This document shows, piece by piece, positions 26,661 through 37,925 of a DNA stretch of 64,000 nt; within the stretch, counting starts at the first letter, position 1; every line of letters begins with the position of its first letter. The stretch spans positions 13,886-77,885 of the forward strand of contig JAFYHG010000027.1 of the NCBI GenBank assembly GCA_017539265.1, in the 5' to 3' direction. Under the pieces are notes generated by a model. The model did no database searches. It was not told the origin of the DNA and saw nothing but the letters and a program-made list of their open reading frames with translations. A program made the translations under genes and the position numbers. The DNA is from Alphaproteobacteria bacterium (GTDB lineage Bacteria; Pseudomonadota; Alphaproteobacteria; CAAHEQ01; UBA3637).

Positions 26661-28280
26661 TCAAGATTTATTCTGTGTTTGCTCTTTTATTAACTTTTTC
26701 ATCCTTTTTTGAACTCTTTTTAATTCTTCCTTATCCATAATGATATAAATAGTATCACCAATTATAGCAACCGAATCTTTATGTGGCCAAGGCTTTGCCT
26801 GATTTGAAATATAATTTGTGTCCAGTGATAAAATATCTTTGTCAGTAAATTTAGCCGATAATATATACCGTGCAATATACTTCTTTCCATTCATAAAATT
26901 TAGAAAGCTAAGAAAGGTAACAGAAGTAAAGCTCGCGTTAAATTCCCCCACTTTATTTTTGGCATTTTCGTTATATCGATCAAAATATCTCGGCAGAACT
27001 ATTTTTCCCATAAGAACGACCTTATATTTTTTGTCTGAATTAAAATTCGGTAATACATGAATACGTGCAATAACCTCTTGATAGGTTCTTATTTCGGCCC
27101 CTCTTGAAAAATACCAAACTTTTTGACATCTGATATCTCCTAATGCACTATAAAATGTGGCAAAAATCATAACTCCTAAGGTTATCGACTTAAAAATTTG
27201 TTTTTGACTTAATAAAATTACACAAGATAATGCATATATATATGGAAACGCATAAAAATTTATACGCATATACCGAAAAAAATTTATTTCACCCGATAAA
27301 AAAGGTGTAATTTGGCTACACAATAGAATACCTATAATAATCGAAAGGGAAACAGATGTCTTTTTCATATTCTTGTACCTAACACAAAAGAAAAAAGCAC
27401 CCATAATCGTGATAAATAAGATTCGCTTAAGCCAAACAGACATATATGGAGAGGCAAGCCAAAACTCATCCCGAATAGCGATAAAAGCTTTTATTACTTG
27501 CGATTTTAAATCTGACAAGGTTATAAATTGGCTATGGTAATCTATGGATTCTACCTTTCCAATATATTTTAGATATAAAAAGGTCCCCAAATAACCAACA
27601 GAAGCAACTAAAATATCGAAGCCTACTTTATAATTTTCTTTAATCAGAGTCTTAAATGAGATGTCTTCAATAACAACATTTAATAAACATTTTCCCAAGA
27701 AAACTATTAATATTGTTGAGATAATACTTTGAAAGCAACTTAGCGAAATAAATATTAAAGCAATTAATAATAAGTGGTTCCTGATTTTATCCCTTTGGAC
27801 CTGATAAAGTCCATAAAAAATAAAAAACAATAGCCAAAAATTGGGGGTCATATATATATACCACATCCATGAAAGTGTATATGGCATTAAAATAATAAAT
27901 AGACCAAAAATAGTATAAGAAAATACCGTCCTTGATGCTTTCCAATATTTGGCCAAATAAATAACGGCTAGAGAAAATCCACAAAAAGAATATAAATTAT
28001 TAAAAATCGGTAAAATATCTTTGTTAAATGGTAAAAGTGGAAACCCTGCAAAAAAACGACCAATTCGAAATGAAGCCTCCCCTCTTTTTACGACTTCCCT
28101 CCAATCATGATCCCCCCAAAAGAATGTCACGGAATGGAAAAGGAATACCAAATTAGATAATATAAAAATCCATAAAAAAGCCTTCTTTTCTATTGTCGGT
28201 ATCTTTTTCCATAAATTGACAATAAAGGACTCTAAATTAAAATTAAGTATTCTCTGTTTCATCGTATTTAATTTTTCCAT
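26661..28280 (-). CDS. Polytopic membrane protein (539 aa), possibly a GT-C-type glycosyltransferase.
   Basis: More than 10 hydrophobic segments plus a C-terminal soluble region. Sits in a glycosylation-like gene neighbourhood. Confidence 0.5.
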   Translation of the reverse strand: MEKLNTMKQRILNFNLESFIVNLWKKIPTIEKKAFLWIFILSNLVFLFHSVTFFWGDHDWREVVKRGEASFRIGRFFAGFPLLPFNKDILPIFNNLYSFCGFSLAVIYLAKYWKASRTVFSYTIFGLFIILMPYTLSWMWYIYMTPNFWLLFFIFYGLYQVQRDKIRNHLLLIALIFISLSCFQSIISTILIVFLGKCLLNVVIEDISFKTLIKENYKVGFDILVASVGYLGTFLYLKYIGKVESIDYHSQFITLSDLKSQVIKAFIAIRDEFWLASPYMSVWLKRILFITIMGAFFFCVRYKNMKKTSVSLSIIIGILLCSQITPFLSGEINFFRYMRINFYAFPYIYALSCVILLSQKQIFKSITLGVMIFATFYSALGDIRCQKVWYFSRGAEIRTYQEVIARIHVLPNFNSDKKYKVVLMGKIVLPRYFDRYNENAKNKVGEFNASFTSVTFLSFLNFMNGKKYIARYILSAKFTDKDILSLDTNYISNQAKPWPHKDSVAIIGDTIYIIMDKEELKRVQKRMKKLIKEQTQNKS

Positions 28281-28342
28281 ACTCTACATCCTTTCCTACC
28301 GATTGAATAGTATTCTGCACAAAACTTCCTTCTTGTCAAGAT

Positions 28343-29731
28343 TTATTTATCCGCCAAGGGCAATCGAATTGTAACACGCAGGCCCCCCATCGGGCTATCG
28401 CCCAAATCGATATCGCCACCATGTGCCAAAATAATATCCCGCGTGATGGTTAGCCCCAAACCGATACCGCCTGTTTTTGCATTTCGAGATTCTTCAAGCC
28501 GATAAAAAGCCCGAAATACATCATTACGTTTTTTAGGTGGAATTCCCGGCCCGTCATCATCGATAATCAGTCGTGCCATATGCCGAAAAATACCCAGTTT
28601 TAATTGTGATTTTTTGGCATACCTGCCCGCATTCGTCAAGATATTTGTAACCGCCCTCAGAATTTCATTCGGACGACATATGCATTCAACCTCGCATTCC
28701 TGATGAAAATCAATTTTTTGACCGCTTTTCTGTAGTTTTCCGACCAATTCCTCCAACATCGGGTTAAGGGCTATCTTTTCGGCTGCCTCTTTTCCCTCAC
28801 CTCGGGCAAAAGAAAGATAAGCCTCTAACATGTGTTCCATCTCGGCTACATCTTTCTTTAAATCCTCAACGGCTTCCGAAGGTTGCAGCATCGATAACTG
28901 AAGTTTCATCCGTGTTAAAGGGGTTCTTAAATCATGCGACACACCTGATAGCATGCCCGTACGTTCGGACAGGTATCTTTGAATTCTGTTACGCATTTGT
29001 ATGAAGGAAAGGCCTGCCTGTTTTACTTCTTGCGCACCAGCAGGTTTAAAGGCCTCTACGGCCTGGCCCCGGCCAAATGCTTCTGCCGCGCGGGAAAGAC
29101 GTTCAATAGATCGTACCTGATTTTTCATAAACAGGAAAGCAATCCAGAAAAGCAAAACAGAAAATCCCAGTAGCCAAATCAAAAATACATAGACAGTGGA
29201 ACTAAAAAACCTTTTTTTAGAAATTAAACTATGTAGTACCCCCGCGTTTAATTGAATGGATACGGCGGCTTCTTCACGGTCTGTTTCATGAATGGAAAAA
29301 GGATATTTTAATTCCTTTAATTCCCCGATTAAAATTTTCATTGTTCCTCGGGGAGTTGTTTTGGGGATATCCGAAAGTTTTGCCCCCTTTTCAAAATACA
29401 GATTAATAAACAATCTTTCATTCAACGCCCGAATAACAGCCTCTACCTCGGTTCCGGATAGATTTTGTTCCTGTATCAAAGATGCTACTGCACCAATTTC
29501 CCCCACAACATCTCGAGACAAACGGTGGCTGACGGTATTCCAATGACGGTTAAAGAAAAAACCAAGGACCGCAATCTGTAGCATCATCATCGGAATCAGA
29601 ATAATCAAGATAAATCGGTGTAAGAGCCCCTGTGGCATCAGGATATTTTTTAATCCTTTTAGTCCATATTGCCCCCACTCAAGCAACGATTTTAAAAAAT
29701 TAAGGACAGGTTTAAATATTTCAGGTGTCAT
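28343..29731 (-). CDS. Sensor histidine kinase (EnvZ-like).
   Basis: H-box SHDLRTPLTRM and G2 box GGIGLGLTI. Start ATG overlaps the response-regulator stop (ATGA). Confidence 0.85.
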   Translation of the reverse strand: MTPEIFKPVLNFLKSLLEWGQYGLKGLKNILMPQGLLHRFILIILIPMMMLQIAVLGFFFNRHWNTVSHRLSRDVVGEIGAVASLIQEQNLSGTEVEAVIRALNERLFINLYFEKGAKLSDIPKTTPRGTMKILIGELKELKYPFSIHETDREEAAVSIQLNAGVLHSLISKKRFFSSTVYVFLIWLLGFSVLLFWIAFLFMKNQVRSIERLSRAAEAFGRGQAVEAFKPAGAQEVKQAGLSFIQMRNRIQRYLSERTGMLSGVSHDLRTPLTRMKLQLSMLQPSEAVEDLKKDVAEMEHMLEAYLSFARGEGKEAAEKIALNPMLEELVGKLQKSGQKIDFHQECEVECICRPNEILRAVTNILTNAGRYAKKSQLKLGIFRHMARLIIDDDGPGIPPKKRNDVFRAFYRLEESRNAKTGGIGLGLTITRDIILAHGGDIDLGDSPMGGLRVTIRLPLADK

Positions 29732-30405
29732 TTTGTAATCAGGCGATACCCCTGCCCCCGAACCGTTTGAATACAAACGGGTGAAATCCCTTCCGGCTCA
29801 ATTTTCTTTCTTAGTCGTGTCATTTGAACATCAACCGTCCGATCATTATCCGTTTTTAAAAGCGGCATTAAATCTTGTCTGGAAACGGTTTGGCCGGCAC
29901 GCTCGGCCAAAAACCGCAATACATCCGTTTCCAATCCCGTTAAAGCAATCGGCTCCTCATTCCGCGTTAAAGAACCGCTTTGAATATCAAAGACACAGTC
30001 CCCAAATGCCACCGGCGCCGATTGTTTGGACACAGTTGCACGACGTAAAATATTATTGATGCGCAAAATCAATTCCCGCGGTTCAAAGGGTTTAGACAAA
30101 TAATCATCCGCACCGGCCTCTAAACCGGATATCCTGTTATCCACATCACCCATCGCGGTCAACATTAAAACAGGTGTCTTATTCTGCTCAGCCCGTAATT
30201 CCCGAACCATCTCTTGCCCATTGGTACCGGGCATCATCACATCCATCACCATTAGGTCAAATTGCAGCAGTTGAATTAAGGGTCTGGCTTCATCAGCACT
30301 GGGGGCTTCCAAAACCTTAAATCCGTTTTCCGACAGGTAACGTTTTAACAAGCGCCGAAGCCTTGTATCATCATCAACCACTAAAATGACAGGCGTCTCA
30401 GACAT
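29728..30405 (-). CDS. OmpR-family response regulator.
   Basis: Receiver domain (VVDDD ... DVMMPG ... K) and winged-helix C-terminus (TVRGQGYRL). Confidence 0.9.
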   Translation of the reverse strand: MSETPVILVVDDDTRLRRLLKRYLSENGFKVLEAPSADEARPLIQLLQFDLMVMDVMMPGTNGQEMVRELRAEQNKTPVLMLTAMGDVDNRISGLEAGADDYLSKPFEPRELILRINNILRRATVSKQSAPVAFGDCVFDIQSGSLTRNEEPIALTGLETDVLRFLAERAGQTVSRQDLMPLLKTDNDRTVDVQMTRLRKKIEPEGISPVCIQTVRGQGYRLITK

Positions 30406-30925
30406 CTTTATTCTCGTCTAAATGCTTTCGGATAATTGCTCCCTCCTCGCCACCGTCACCCGTTAAATTTCCTTGAATAACGGCATCCGCATCATCCACA
30501 AATCGCTTTAAAAAATCAATATCTAATCCCGAGAAACTCTTTTTACTTCGCAAAAAAGCACAAACAACCGTTCCTATATCCGTCAAAAGCGGATATCCGA
30601 AAGTAGCCCCTTGTCCTTTTAAGTCATGCATTTTAATAAAAAATTCCTCTTGAATCAGGGTTAATTTCTTCGGGGGTGCCGCAACCTCGGCCTTTTTTAG
30701 CACTTCATACATTGTTTGGATATCCTGTTTAACCTGTGCGACATAAGGGGCCGACAATTCGGCCAATACCTGCGCGGCTTTGTCCGATAAAATTTCGGCA
30801 TCTGTTTTCCGTTGCCTGTTTTTTTGAAAGATGAAGGGCACTTCTTTTTCTGTCATGGGCATCTCCTTTAGGGGCAGTATAAAACAAAAAAATCCCCCTG
30901 TCAACAAAGATGCTATCGATTTCAA
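30398..30925 (-). CDS. Putative Hpt (histidine phosphotransfer) domain protein.
   Basis: MHDLKGQGATFGYPLL resembles the HxxKG Hpt motif. Overlaps the RR start by 8 nt. Confidence 0.45.
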   Translation of the reverse strand: MKSIASLLTGGFFCFILPLKEMPMTEKEVPFIFQKNRQRKTDAEILSDKAAQVLAELSAPYVAQVKQDIQTMYEVLKKAEVAAPPKKLTLIQEEFFIKMHDLKGQGATFGYPLLTDIGTVVCAFLRSKKSFSGLDIDFLKRFVDDADAVIQGNLTGDGGEEGAIIRKHLDENKDV

Positions 30926-30929
30926 ATTA

Positions 30930-32519
30930 TCATTCTAATGTATTCAAACTTTCTTGATACATCTCTTGGACGGCTTTTTCAAAGGATTTCGTAAACTTCT
31001 CCATATTAAACAGGTCAGCTGTCTTCGCTTTCTCCGTCACTTTTTCACGTAATTTTTTCAGAGCCCCGGGGGTTGTGCATAGTTCAACCACCTTTTCCTC
31101 ATATTCCTTAATATCTTTGCAAATCATTTCTGGTACATCCAAAGCGGTTAACAAAGCCCCACCGACACGACTTGCATGTGTTGTACCCGGACATGTGATA
31201 ACAGGACATCCCATAAATAATGCCTCCATTCCGGTCGTATGAGCGTTATATAGCTCCGTATCTAACAACAAATCTGCAATTTTATATCGCGCTAAATGTT
31301 CGTGATGTGGCAACAATTTTGCATGAACAATTCGCTCTCTATCAATATGGCGTTTTTCAAACTCTGCGCTAACATTATCTTCGAAAACCTTAGATGTGCT
31401 ATAAAACCATAGAACCGCCTTTGGTACCCGTTTTAAAATCCGTGCCCACAGGTCAAAATAATTTGGGGTAAATTTATATGAATTATTAAAGCAACACAAC
31501 ACGATTGCATCTGATTTAAATCCCATGTGTTTTTTGAGGGGGGTATACTGCGGTAATTCAATATTATGATCTATCAGCCAGCTACTGGGTTCAAGGTATT
31601 TTAACTTTTCATAGTAATATTTATCTTCACCGGGTAAAACGCTGTATTTGTCAACAAAATGATAATCAATTCCGGGAACTCCTCCCAACGTACCAATACA
31701 ACCTAAAAAAGTGCCTTGCGCTGGTGCTGGTTGATAGGTCATGATTCCCAACCGATTATACATAGTAAATCCATTCATATCAATCAGAACATCAATTTTA
31801 TCCTTAAATATCCGTTCAGCAGCATCTTTATCGCTTAATTTATCCAAGGGGGCGATATGGATATCCTTTATACCATAAATACGTTTACTGGGATAAGTTT
31901 CCAATTGGGGATAAATATCATACAGGTATACATCAAATTTTTGACGATCAATTCGTTCAAAAAACTCCCCAATAACATATCCCGTCGGATGTACACGACA
32001 ATCCGCGCATAAAAAGCCTAATTTTAACCGCTGAGGGCTGGGTTTTCTATCCTCAAAATGGAAGGGAGATATTTGTGGACGCAACTCCGATGTTTCACTC
32101 ACAAAGGCACGCGTAGCCTTATATAGTTGTTCGTCGGTCACCGGCAAAAAAGACCTAATGTCAAAAGGGTTGATACGGCCGCTATACAATACCTCATCTT
32201 GTAAAAAATAATCGACATCACGATTCAATGTATCCCAAAATAAGAATTTTTTCTCCAGTTTCAAAAATTGTGAACGGATAATTAAAGGTGTATCATCCCC
32301 ATTTAATTTAACAATACGTTGATAAGCCTTATAAGCCTTTGTTGTTTGTCCCAAATCAGAATACAAAGAGGCCAATTGTGATAAAACCTCTACAGATGCC
32401 GGGAATATTTTTAATGCCTGTATATAGCATGTCAAAGCCGCGCCATTTAACTTTTTTTCTAAAAAAGCATTCCCTTGTTTATACCACCGTTCAAATTCAT
32501 CCGTATTAATTTCTACCAT
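30930..32519 (-). CDS. TPR-repeat + GT41 (O-GlcNAc transferase/SPINDLY-like) glycosyltransferase.
   Basis: N-terminal TPRs. C-terminal GT41-like block (CCFNNSYKFTP ... KAVLW ... GMEALFMGCPVITCPG). Start moved to the ATG at 32519 because the longer ORF overlaps a tRNA. Confidence 0.65.
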   Translation of the reverse strand: MVEINTDEFERWYKQGNAFLEKKLNGAALTCYIQALKIFPASVEVLSQLASLYSDLGQTTKAYKAYQRIVKLNGDDTPLIIRSQFLKLEKKFLFWDTLNRDVDYFLQDEVLYSGRINPFDIRSFLPVTDEQLYKATRAFVSETSELRPQISPFHFEDRKPSPQRLKLGFLCADCRVHPTGYVIGEFFERIDRQKFDVYLYDIYPQLETYPSKRIYGIKDIHIAPLDKLSDKDAAERIFKDKIDVLIDMNGFTMYNRLGIMTYQPAPAQGTFLGCIGTLGGVPGIDYHFVDKYSVLPGEDKYYYEKLKYLEPSSWLIDHNIELPQYTPLKKHMGFKSDAIVLCCFNNSYKFTPNYFDLWARILKRVPKAVLWFYSTSKVFEDNVSAEFEKRHIDRERIVHAKLLPHHEHLARYKIADLLLDTELYNAHTTGMEALFMGCPVITCPGTTHASRVGGALLTALDVPEMICKDIKEYEEKVVELCTTPGALKKLREKVTEKAKTADLFNMEKFTKSFEKAVQEMYQESLNTLE

Positions 32520-32588
32520 TCTGTATCCCAAACCTGCGCATAATAAACATGCGTATAGAATAACACATGTAAAGCCATAATTTAAAAT

Positions 32589-32673
32589 TGGTGCGGTTAA
32601 GAAGACTCGAACTTCCACGGGTTGCCCCACAAGCACCTCAAGCTTGAGCGTCTACCAATTCCGCCATAACCGC
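32589..32673 (-). tRNA. tRNA-Leu (anticodon GAG), type II with long variable arm.
   Basis: Reverse complement reads GCGGTTATGGCGGAATTGGTAGACGCT CAAGC TTGAGGT GCTTG ... GTTCGAGTC ... TAACCGCACCA. Anticodon stem CAAGC/GCTTG, loop TTGAGGT, anticodon GAG. 85 nt with encoded CCA. Confidence 0.8.
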
Positions 32674-32786
32674 TGACGGGGGGTATTATATCTGATTTTT
32701 TTTAAATTTGCAATCATTTTTTTCATATCGGTTTTAAATACCCACATCAGACACGATTTTAACACGGGGTTAAAAATTATTATCTG

Positions 32787-34250
32787 TTATTCCACCCGTT
32801 CATACACATCCATTTTATCCAGATATCGATAATGTTTGATAAGCCAATTTTCATCCACCCCCATAATCTGCTTATCTGTATTCCTATCATCGGCTTCAGT
32901 TAAATCATACACTTTATGATACATAACATATTTCGGTTTTTGTTCATAAATAATCTTATCCCAATCCGGCATTTGATATCGATGGAACAGTTTCACATCT
33001 AAAGGACCGCACCGAACCAGACAAAACCAATAATAATGTTTCGGGTAATTTCGTAAAAACTGTGCCCGATAATCATCATAATCTACCAACTCATTACCTT
33101 CTTTAATTTTTGTTGATAATAATCGTACTTCTTTTTCAAAATTGGATTTTTCGACCCATAAAGCATTCGTACAAATATGTACTCCCGTTAAAAAACAGGC
33201 AAGTATCAACACTCCTCGAGCAAAAAAACTTTTTAACAATTCTTTTGAAATAACCAATTTTCCCAATCCTAATCCCACAACAATTGCGGCAAATGGCACC
33301 CAAATTATCCAATAAAAATAGTATGGTTTCGGTATAAAATAAAAGATAGAAGCAAAACCTAAGATAACAAACAACAAATCACGAATTACCCCCTTTTCAT
33401 TTTTGATATTCCATAGGCATACCAAAATACATAAACCCGTGTAAACATAGTCCAATATATTCATTTGATATGATTGATAATCTCTGAAGAAATATATATT
33501 CAAAATCCAATTTAGTTCCCAATACCGCATAAAAGAACCGGTCAAGACCAGATAGAGAAAGTATGCCCCGCTGCATACCAAAGGTATGGTCAAAGCTTTA
33601 AAAACATCTGTCCACTTTAATTCTTTTCTTACCAACAGGTATAATTGATAAACTCCAAATGGAGCCAAGAGCCAAACCGCTTTTTGCAAAAAAGCAAAGG
33701 CAATAAAAAAGAACAGATAGCACCAAATCAAATCCTTTGTTTTTTTTTCTTTAAAAAACAAAATCCATTTATAAAATCCCCATAGAAGAAAAGGTACCAT
33801 ATAGGTATCCGGTCGATTTTGGATATAGCTTCCCGTTGTAACCGGGTAAGACAAATAAATGAAAAGAACATACAGAAACGATCGGGCACCATTCCCTAAA
33901 GCCTTTATGATTTTTCCGATTAATAAACATCCCCAAAAGAAAAAGATGGCTGCAATAACCCGCCCGACCTGAAATGAATCAATCGGGTGATCAATAAACC
34001 AGAAGACGGGGGCTGTCATATACCATAAAAGCGGATGATGATGTTGAAAGAAATCTTTGTACGGGGTATATCCGTTAAAAACAAACCAACTCGATGCCCA
34101 ATGTTCTAAATCATCGGCGCCATAATTTCCGACAAAAAGCATCCCCGCCATCAAAATGCTTACTAATAGGCCTGTTTCAATTCCTATACACAAATTCAGA
34201 CCTAAAAGGGACCAATCTCTATTTTTTTTCATGATATTCCTGTTCGGCAT
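32787..34250 (-). CDS. Polytopic membrane protein (487 aa), GT-C-like.
   Basis: Many TM segments. Alternative start at 34232 (MKKNRDW). Confidence 0.5.
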   Translation of the reverse strand: MPNRNIMKKNRDWSLLGLNLCIGIETGLLVSILMAGMLFVGNYGADDLEHWASSWFVFNGYTPYKDFFQHHHPLLWYMTAPVFWFIDHPIDSFQVGRVIAAIFFFWGCLLIGKIIKALGNGARSFLYVLFIYLSYPVTTGSYIQNRPDTYMVPFLLWGFYKWILFFKEKKTKDLIWCYLFFFIAFAFLQKAVWLLAPFGVYQLYLLVRKELKWTDVFKALTIPLVCSGAYFLYLVLTGSFMRYWELNWILNIYFFRDYQSYQMNILDYVYTGLCILVCLWNIKNEKGVIRDLLFVILGFASIFYFIPKPYYFYWIIWVPFAAIVVGLGLGKLVISKELLKSFFARGVLILACFLTGVHICTNALWVEKSNFEKEVRLLSTKIKEGNELVDYDDYRAQFLRNYPKHYYWFCLVRCGPLDVKLFHRYQMPDWDKIIYEQKPKYVMYHKVYDLTEADDRNTDKQIMGVDENWLIKHYRYLDKMDVYERVE

Positions 34251-35742
34251 TTACATTCCAGATAGCCGTCCGATCATGTGTCGGTGCGATAATTTCCTGA
34301 ACAACCGCCATGGCAGACAGAACCGAATGATCCATATTATTATAGCGATGCATTCCGTTACGCCCCATAACAAATAAGTTTTCGAAAATATCCAAAAATT
34401 CTCTGATTGTATTAAATTTATCATATGTTCCGAAATAGGCAGGATAGGCTTTTGGAACCTTGAAACTTACGGAATCGAGAACAGCATCTTTATCAATCAG
34501 GCCGATTTTTGCTGCTTCCGAAATGGCCATTTGCGTAAATTCCCCATCCGACATTTGCCATAAATCATCAGCCTCATTACAAAAGTATTCAAGTCCGATC
34601 CAGACCGTATTTTTATAATCTTTTACCAAGTAAGGACTCCAGTTATTAAAAAGCTGAACCCGTCCCAAACGAACTCCTTTTTCCTGAATATAAATCCATG
34701 TGTCTTTGGGCATACCGTTCAAAATACTTTCGTGTAGCGTATAGCCCAACTTCATTTCTTTTAAGAGAAGTCCTGCTGTTCTAAAATCCCGATACATCAA
34801 GCCTTCTGCTACCTTTTGAACATCTTCCGGCACACCGTTTAAATCATTTATTAACTCTTTAACCGGCATCGTAGACAATACATAATCGCACGGAATAACC
34901 TGGTTATCCCCCGTTTCAACGGATATGATGCGACTCCCCTCGCGATTTATTTTAAGAACTTTTGTATTTAGGTGTATTTCCCCGCCTTTTTCCTGAATTT
35001 GCCGAGCGACTTCCTCCCAAAGTTGTCCCGGACCGAATTTCGGATACCAAAACTGTTCAATCAAGGACGTTTCCTTTTTACCGATTTTTAAAATATTCAT
35101 TAAGACCTTTAAAATAGAAAGACCCTTTACCCGTTGAGCCCCCCAATCGGCCGCAATATCCGAGCAATTTACCCCCCATAATTTTTCGGTATAGTCTTTA
35201 AAAAAAGTTTCATAAAGTTCCTGCCCGAAGCGGTTGATAAAAAAGTCCTCCAACGATTTCTCGGGCCGTTTATGGATGATACTTTTTAAATAGGAAAAAC
35301 CGCACTTCATCATTTTGACAAAGCCCAAATTCCGAATCGTCTTGAAATTTAAGGTTACCGGATAGTCAAAAAAGGATTTCAAATAATAAATACGGCTCAC
35401 CCGCGGACGGGAGAGCATCACTTTATCTGTCTGATTAGGATCCGGCGCATCAGCCTCAGCCGACAATTCTAATTCCCGTTCAAACAACATATCATCTAAA
35501 CTGGGACTTCCCTGAAGCGGTAAAATTTCTTTCCACCAATTCATCACTACATCAGATTTCGAAAAGAATCGATGCCCCCCCATATCCATACGATTACCGG
35601 CATGATTCATTGTGGCGCTAATCCCGCCGATAAAATCAGATTGTTCCAAAATAATCGGATGAATATCGGACTTTTTTAAAAGTTCCAAAGCGGCCGTAAG
35701 CCCTGCCGGTCCTGCTCCGATGATAACTGCTGTTTGACCCAT
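34219..35742 (-). CDS. FAD-dependent oxidoreductase (amine-oxidase/UGM-like fold).
   Basis: Dinucleotide-binding [13 protein letters not shown]. Start set at the ATG preceded by a GGAGG RBS (MGQTAV ...). Confidence 0.65.
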   Translation of the reverse strand: MGQTAVIIGAGPAGLTAALELLKKSDIHPIILEQSDFIGGISATMNHAGNRMDMGGHRFFSKSDVVMNWWKEILPLQGSPSLDDMLFERELELSAEADAPDPNQTDKVMLSRPRVSRIYYLKSFFDYPVTLNFKTIRNLGFVKMMKCGFSYLKSIIHKRPEKSLEDFFINRFGQELYETFFKDYTEKLWGVNCSDIAADWGAQRVKGLSILKVLMNILKIGKKETSLIEQFWYPKFGPGQLWEEVARQIQEKGGEIHLNTKVLKINREGSRIISVETGDNQVIPCDYVLSTMPVKELINDLNGVPEDVQKVAEGLMYRDFRTAGLLLKEMKLGYTLHESILNGMPKDTWIYIQEKGVRLGRVQLFNNWSPYLVKDYKNTVWIGLEYFCNEADDLWQMSDGEFTQMAISEAAKIGLIDKDAVLDSVSFKVPKAYPAYFGTYDKFNTIREFLDIFENLFVMGRNGMHRYNNMDHSVLSAMAVVQEIIAPTHDRTAIWNVNAEQEYHEKK

Positions 35743-35855
35743 AGAGTACCTCCGGCGAATTGTATAGCATAAAAACCTTTCATTATTCAACAAAAAAATT
35801 GCGTTTTTTAAAAAAAGACCTTATATTTTCTTTTCGTAAACAGGAGGAATATAAA

Positions 35856-36455
35856 ATGACCATTCAATTACCGAACTTACCCTTTGACGTTGCTTCCCTT
35901 TCCCCTTTTATCAGTGCGGAAACCCTTGCTTTTCACCATGGAAAGCACCATGCAACCTATGTTAAAAATACCAACGATCTTATTGTGAACACACCACTGG
36001 CGGACAAAAGTTTAAAGGATATTATCTTAATTTCTGCTGCCGATACAGTTTTAACACCGGTATTTAATAATGCCGCCCAATGCTTTAACCATGAATTTTA
36101 TTGGAAAAGTTTATCCCCGCTTAAACAAGACATTCCCGAAATTTTGGCAAAAATGATTATTCGTGATTTCGGCTCTGTTGCGGATTTTAAACATGCTCTT
36201 CACCAAGCGGCAACTTCAAAATTCGGTAGCGGGTGGTGTTGGTTAACCCTGAATAAAGAAGGGGAACTACAAATACTCACAACCGGAAATGCCGACACCC
36301 CCTTAACAAAACCGGATTTAAAGCCGCTCTTATGTATTGATGTTTGGGAACATGCCTATTATCTGGACTACCAAAACCGACGCACCGACTACCTGTGGGC
36401 GGTTATTGATAATCTTTTAAACTGGCAATTTGCAACAGAGAACTTAACCGATTAG
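35856..36455 (+). CDS. Fe/Mn superoxide dismutase.
   Basis: LPNLPFDVASLSPFISAETLAFHHGKHH ... DVWEHAYY signature. AGGAGG RBS. Confidence 0.9.
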   Translation: MTIQLPNLPFDVASLSPFISAETLAFHHGKHHATYVKNTNDLIVNTPLADKSLKDIILISAADTVLTPVFNNAAQCFNHEFYWKSLSPLKQDIPEILAKMIIRDFGSVADFKHALHQAATSKFGSGWCWLTLNKEGELQILTTGNADTPLTKPDLKPLLCIDVWEHAYYLDYQNRRTDYLWAVIDNLLNWQFATENLTD

Positions 36456-37852
36456 AATAAATTAAACAAACCGGATTTTTTCTCTTCTTTTTCGGCGGTT
36501 GCCTGTTTTTGGGCTTTCCGTTCATCGGCTTTGGCTTTACCCGCCTTTAATTCCTCATCGGTGGCCGCACCTTCAATGGAGACGATTGCATTCTTAATCG
36601 TAAATCTTAAGTTCGGATCCTTTGTATTTCCTCTGGCCGTCAACATCCAGCCATAGCATTCGGGAACACTTGGCGGATTGATACCGCGTCCTTCACAATA
36701 TGACTTTCCGAGTTGATATTGGGCATAGGGCTCATCAGCCTCAGCACCTTTGCGGTACCATTGAGCCGCCGAAGCGTTATCTTGGAAACGATCCCGAAGT
36801 AAATCCCCATAGTATCCATACACTTTTGCGCGACCGCTTTGGGCTGCTGCTTCGACCTTCTTTTCCAATTTCGACCGATCTTTATTTTCAAGAGCCGTGT
36901 CAATCATCTGAGGTGTAATCCCGTAAAGAGAACCGTCTGATTGTAATGATTCGCCGGATTCTAAGCGGGTTTTTGTTGTTTCTTCATCATTAAAGCCCGG
37001 GATAATCGGCATCACGGCCGAGATGCGTTCTCTGACCGGAACGCTCCGTTCCGCCGGTACAGGTCGCCAGTTCATAATTTTCTTTTGCTGTTCCGCTAAT
37101 AGCGCTCCGTCAAAACTACCGCCGATGGCATCCCGCCTTTCGGCTGCAGATTTACCCACTTCATCCGAATTATAGGCCGCCAAAATGCTATACCAAGAAA
37201 ATGCATCAACAGGATTCCTTAACCGCGGATGACTCATCCTTAACTCTGCCCATTCCTGTTGGGCCGGAATATATCCCTGATTAGCTGCCCGCACATACCA
37301 TCTAACCGCCGCCGCATGATCTTGCGGAATACCGCGACCGGTTAAATAATAACGCGCTGCTTTAACCTGTGATCTTTTTTCTCCTTTTAAGGCACCCATA
37401 TAGAAAAATCCGAATGCATAGGTATAATTCTTTTCGACCCCCTCTCCTTTTTCATAAAGCTTCCCTAACTCATACATTGCGTTTCCGTTACCGGCATAGG
37501 CTGCTTTTTTAAGGTATTGAATCCCTAAATCTTTATTTTCGGACATACCTTCACCGGTTAAGGCCATTTTACCCAATTGAACGGTGGCTTCTGAGTAATA
37601 TCCTTTATCGGCCTGTTCAAAGTATTTGATAGCCTTTTCCACGTCAGCATCCACACCCAATCCGTCCAGATACATCTTCCCCATGTAATAAGCGGCTTCA
37701 GGATTTCCTTCGCCGGCAAGAGCCATCATTTCCGGATAAGCCGTTTCATATTCCGCTTTATCGAAAGCCTTTACGGCCTCTTTTATTCCCGCCATGGCGG
37801 ACACGGACAAAGTCGTTGATAATAAAAGCACAGCCCATAATTTCATTTTCAT
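36452..37852 (-). CDS. Secreted Sel1-repeat (TPR-like) protein.
   Basis: Signal peptide. Repeated A.YYLG/MY..G.GV..D..KA..W motifs. Confidence 0.75.
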   Translation of the reverse strand: MKMKLWAVLLLSTTLSVSAMAGIKEAVKAFDKAEYETAYPEMMALAGEGNPEAAYYMGKMYLDGLGVDADVEKAIKYFEQADKGYYSEATVQLGKMALTGEGMSENKDLGIQYLKKAAYAGNGNAMYELGKLYEKGEGVEKNYTYAFGFFYMGALKGEKRSQVKAARYYLTGRGIPQDHAAAVRWYVRAANQGYIPAQQEWAELRMSHPRLRNPVDAFSWYSILAAYNSDEVGKSAAERRDAIGGSFDGALLAEQQKKIMNWRPVPAERSVPVRERISAVMPIIPGFNDEETTKTRLESGESLQSDGSLYGITPQMIDTALENKDRSKLEKKVEAAAQSGRAKVYGYYGDLLRDRFQDNASAAQWYRKGAEADEPYAQYQLGKSYCEGRGINPPSVPECYGWMLTARGNTKDPNLRFTIKNAIVSIEGAATDEELKAGKAKADERKAQKQATAEKEEKKSGLFNLF

Positions 37853-37925
37853 TTTTCAGCCCTTTCCTGTTAGTGTTTTTTTTCTTATATCACTTTTTTT
37901 TCCCGTTGTAAAACTTTTTTTTTAT

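Noticed and set aside
30930-32636. Longer N-terminal extension of the GT41 protein (start at 32636).
   Set aside because: The extension overlaps tRNA-Leu(GAG) on the same strand. The later in-frame ATG at 32519 was preferred.
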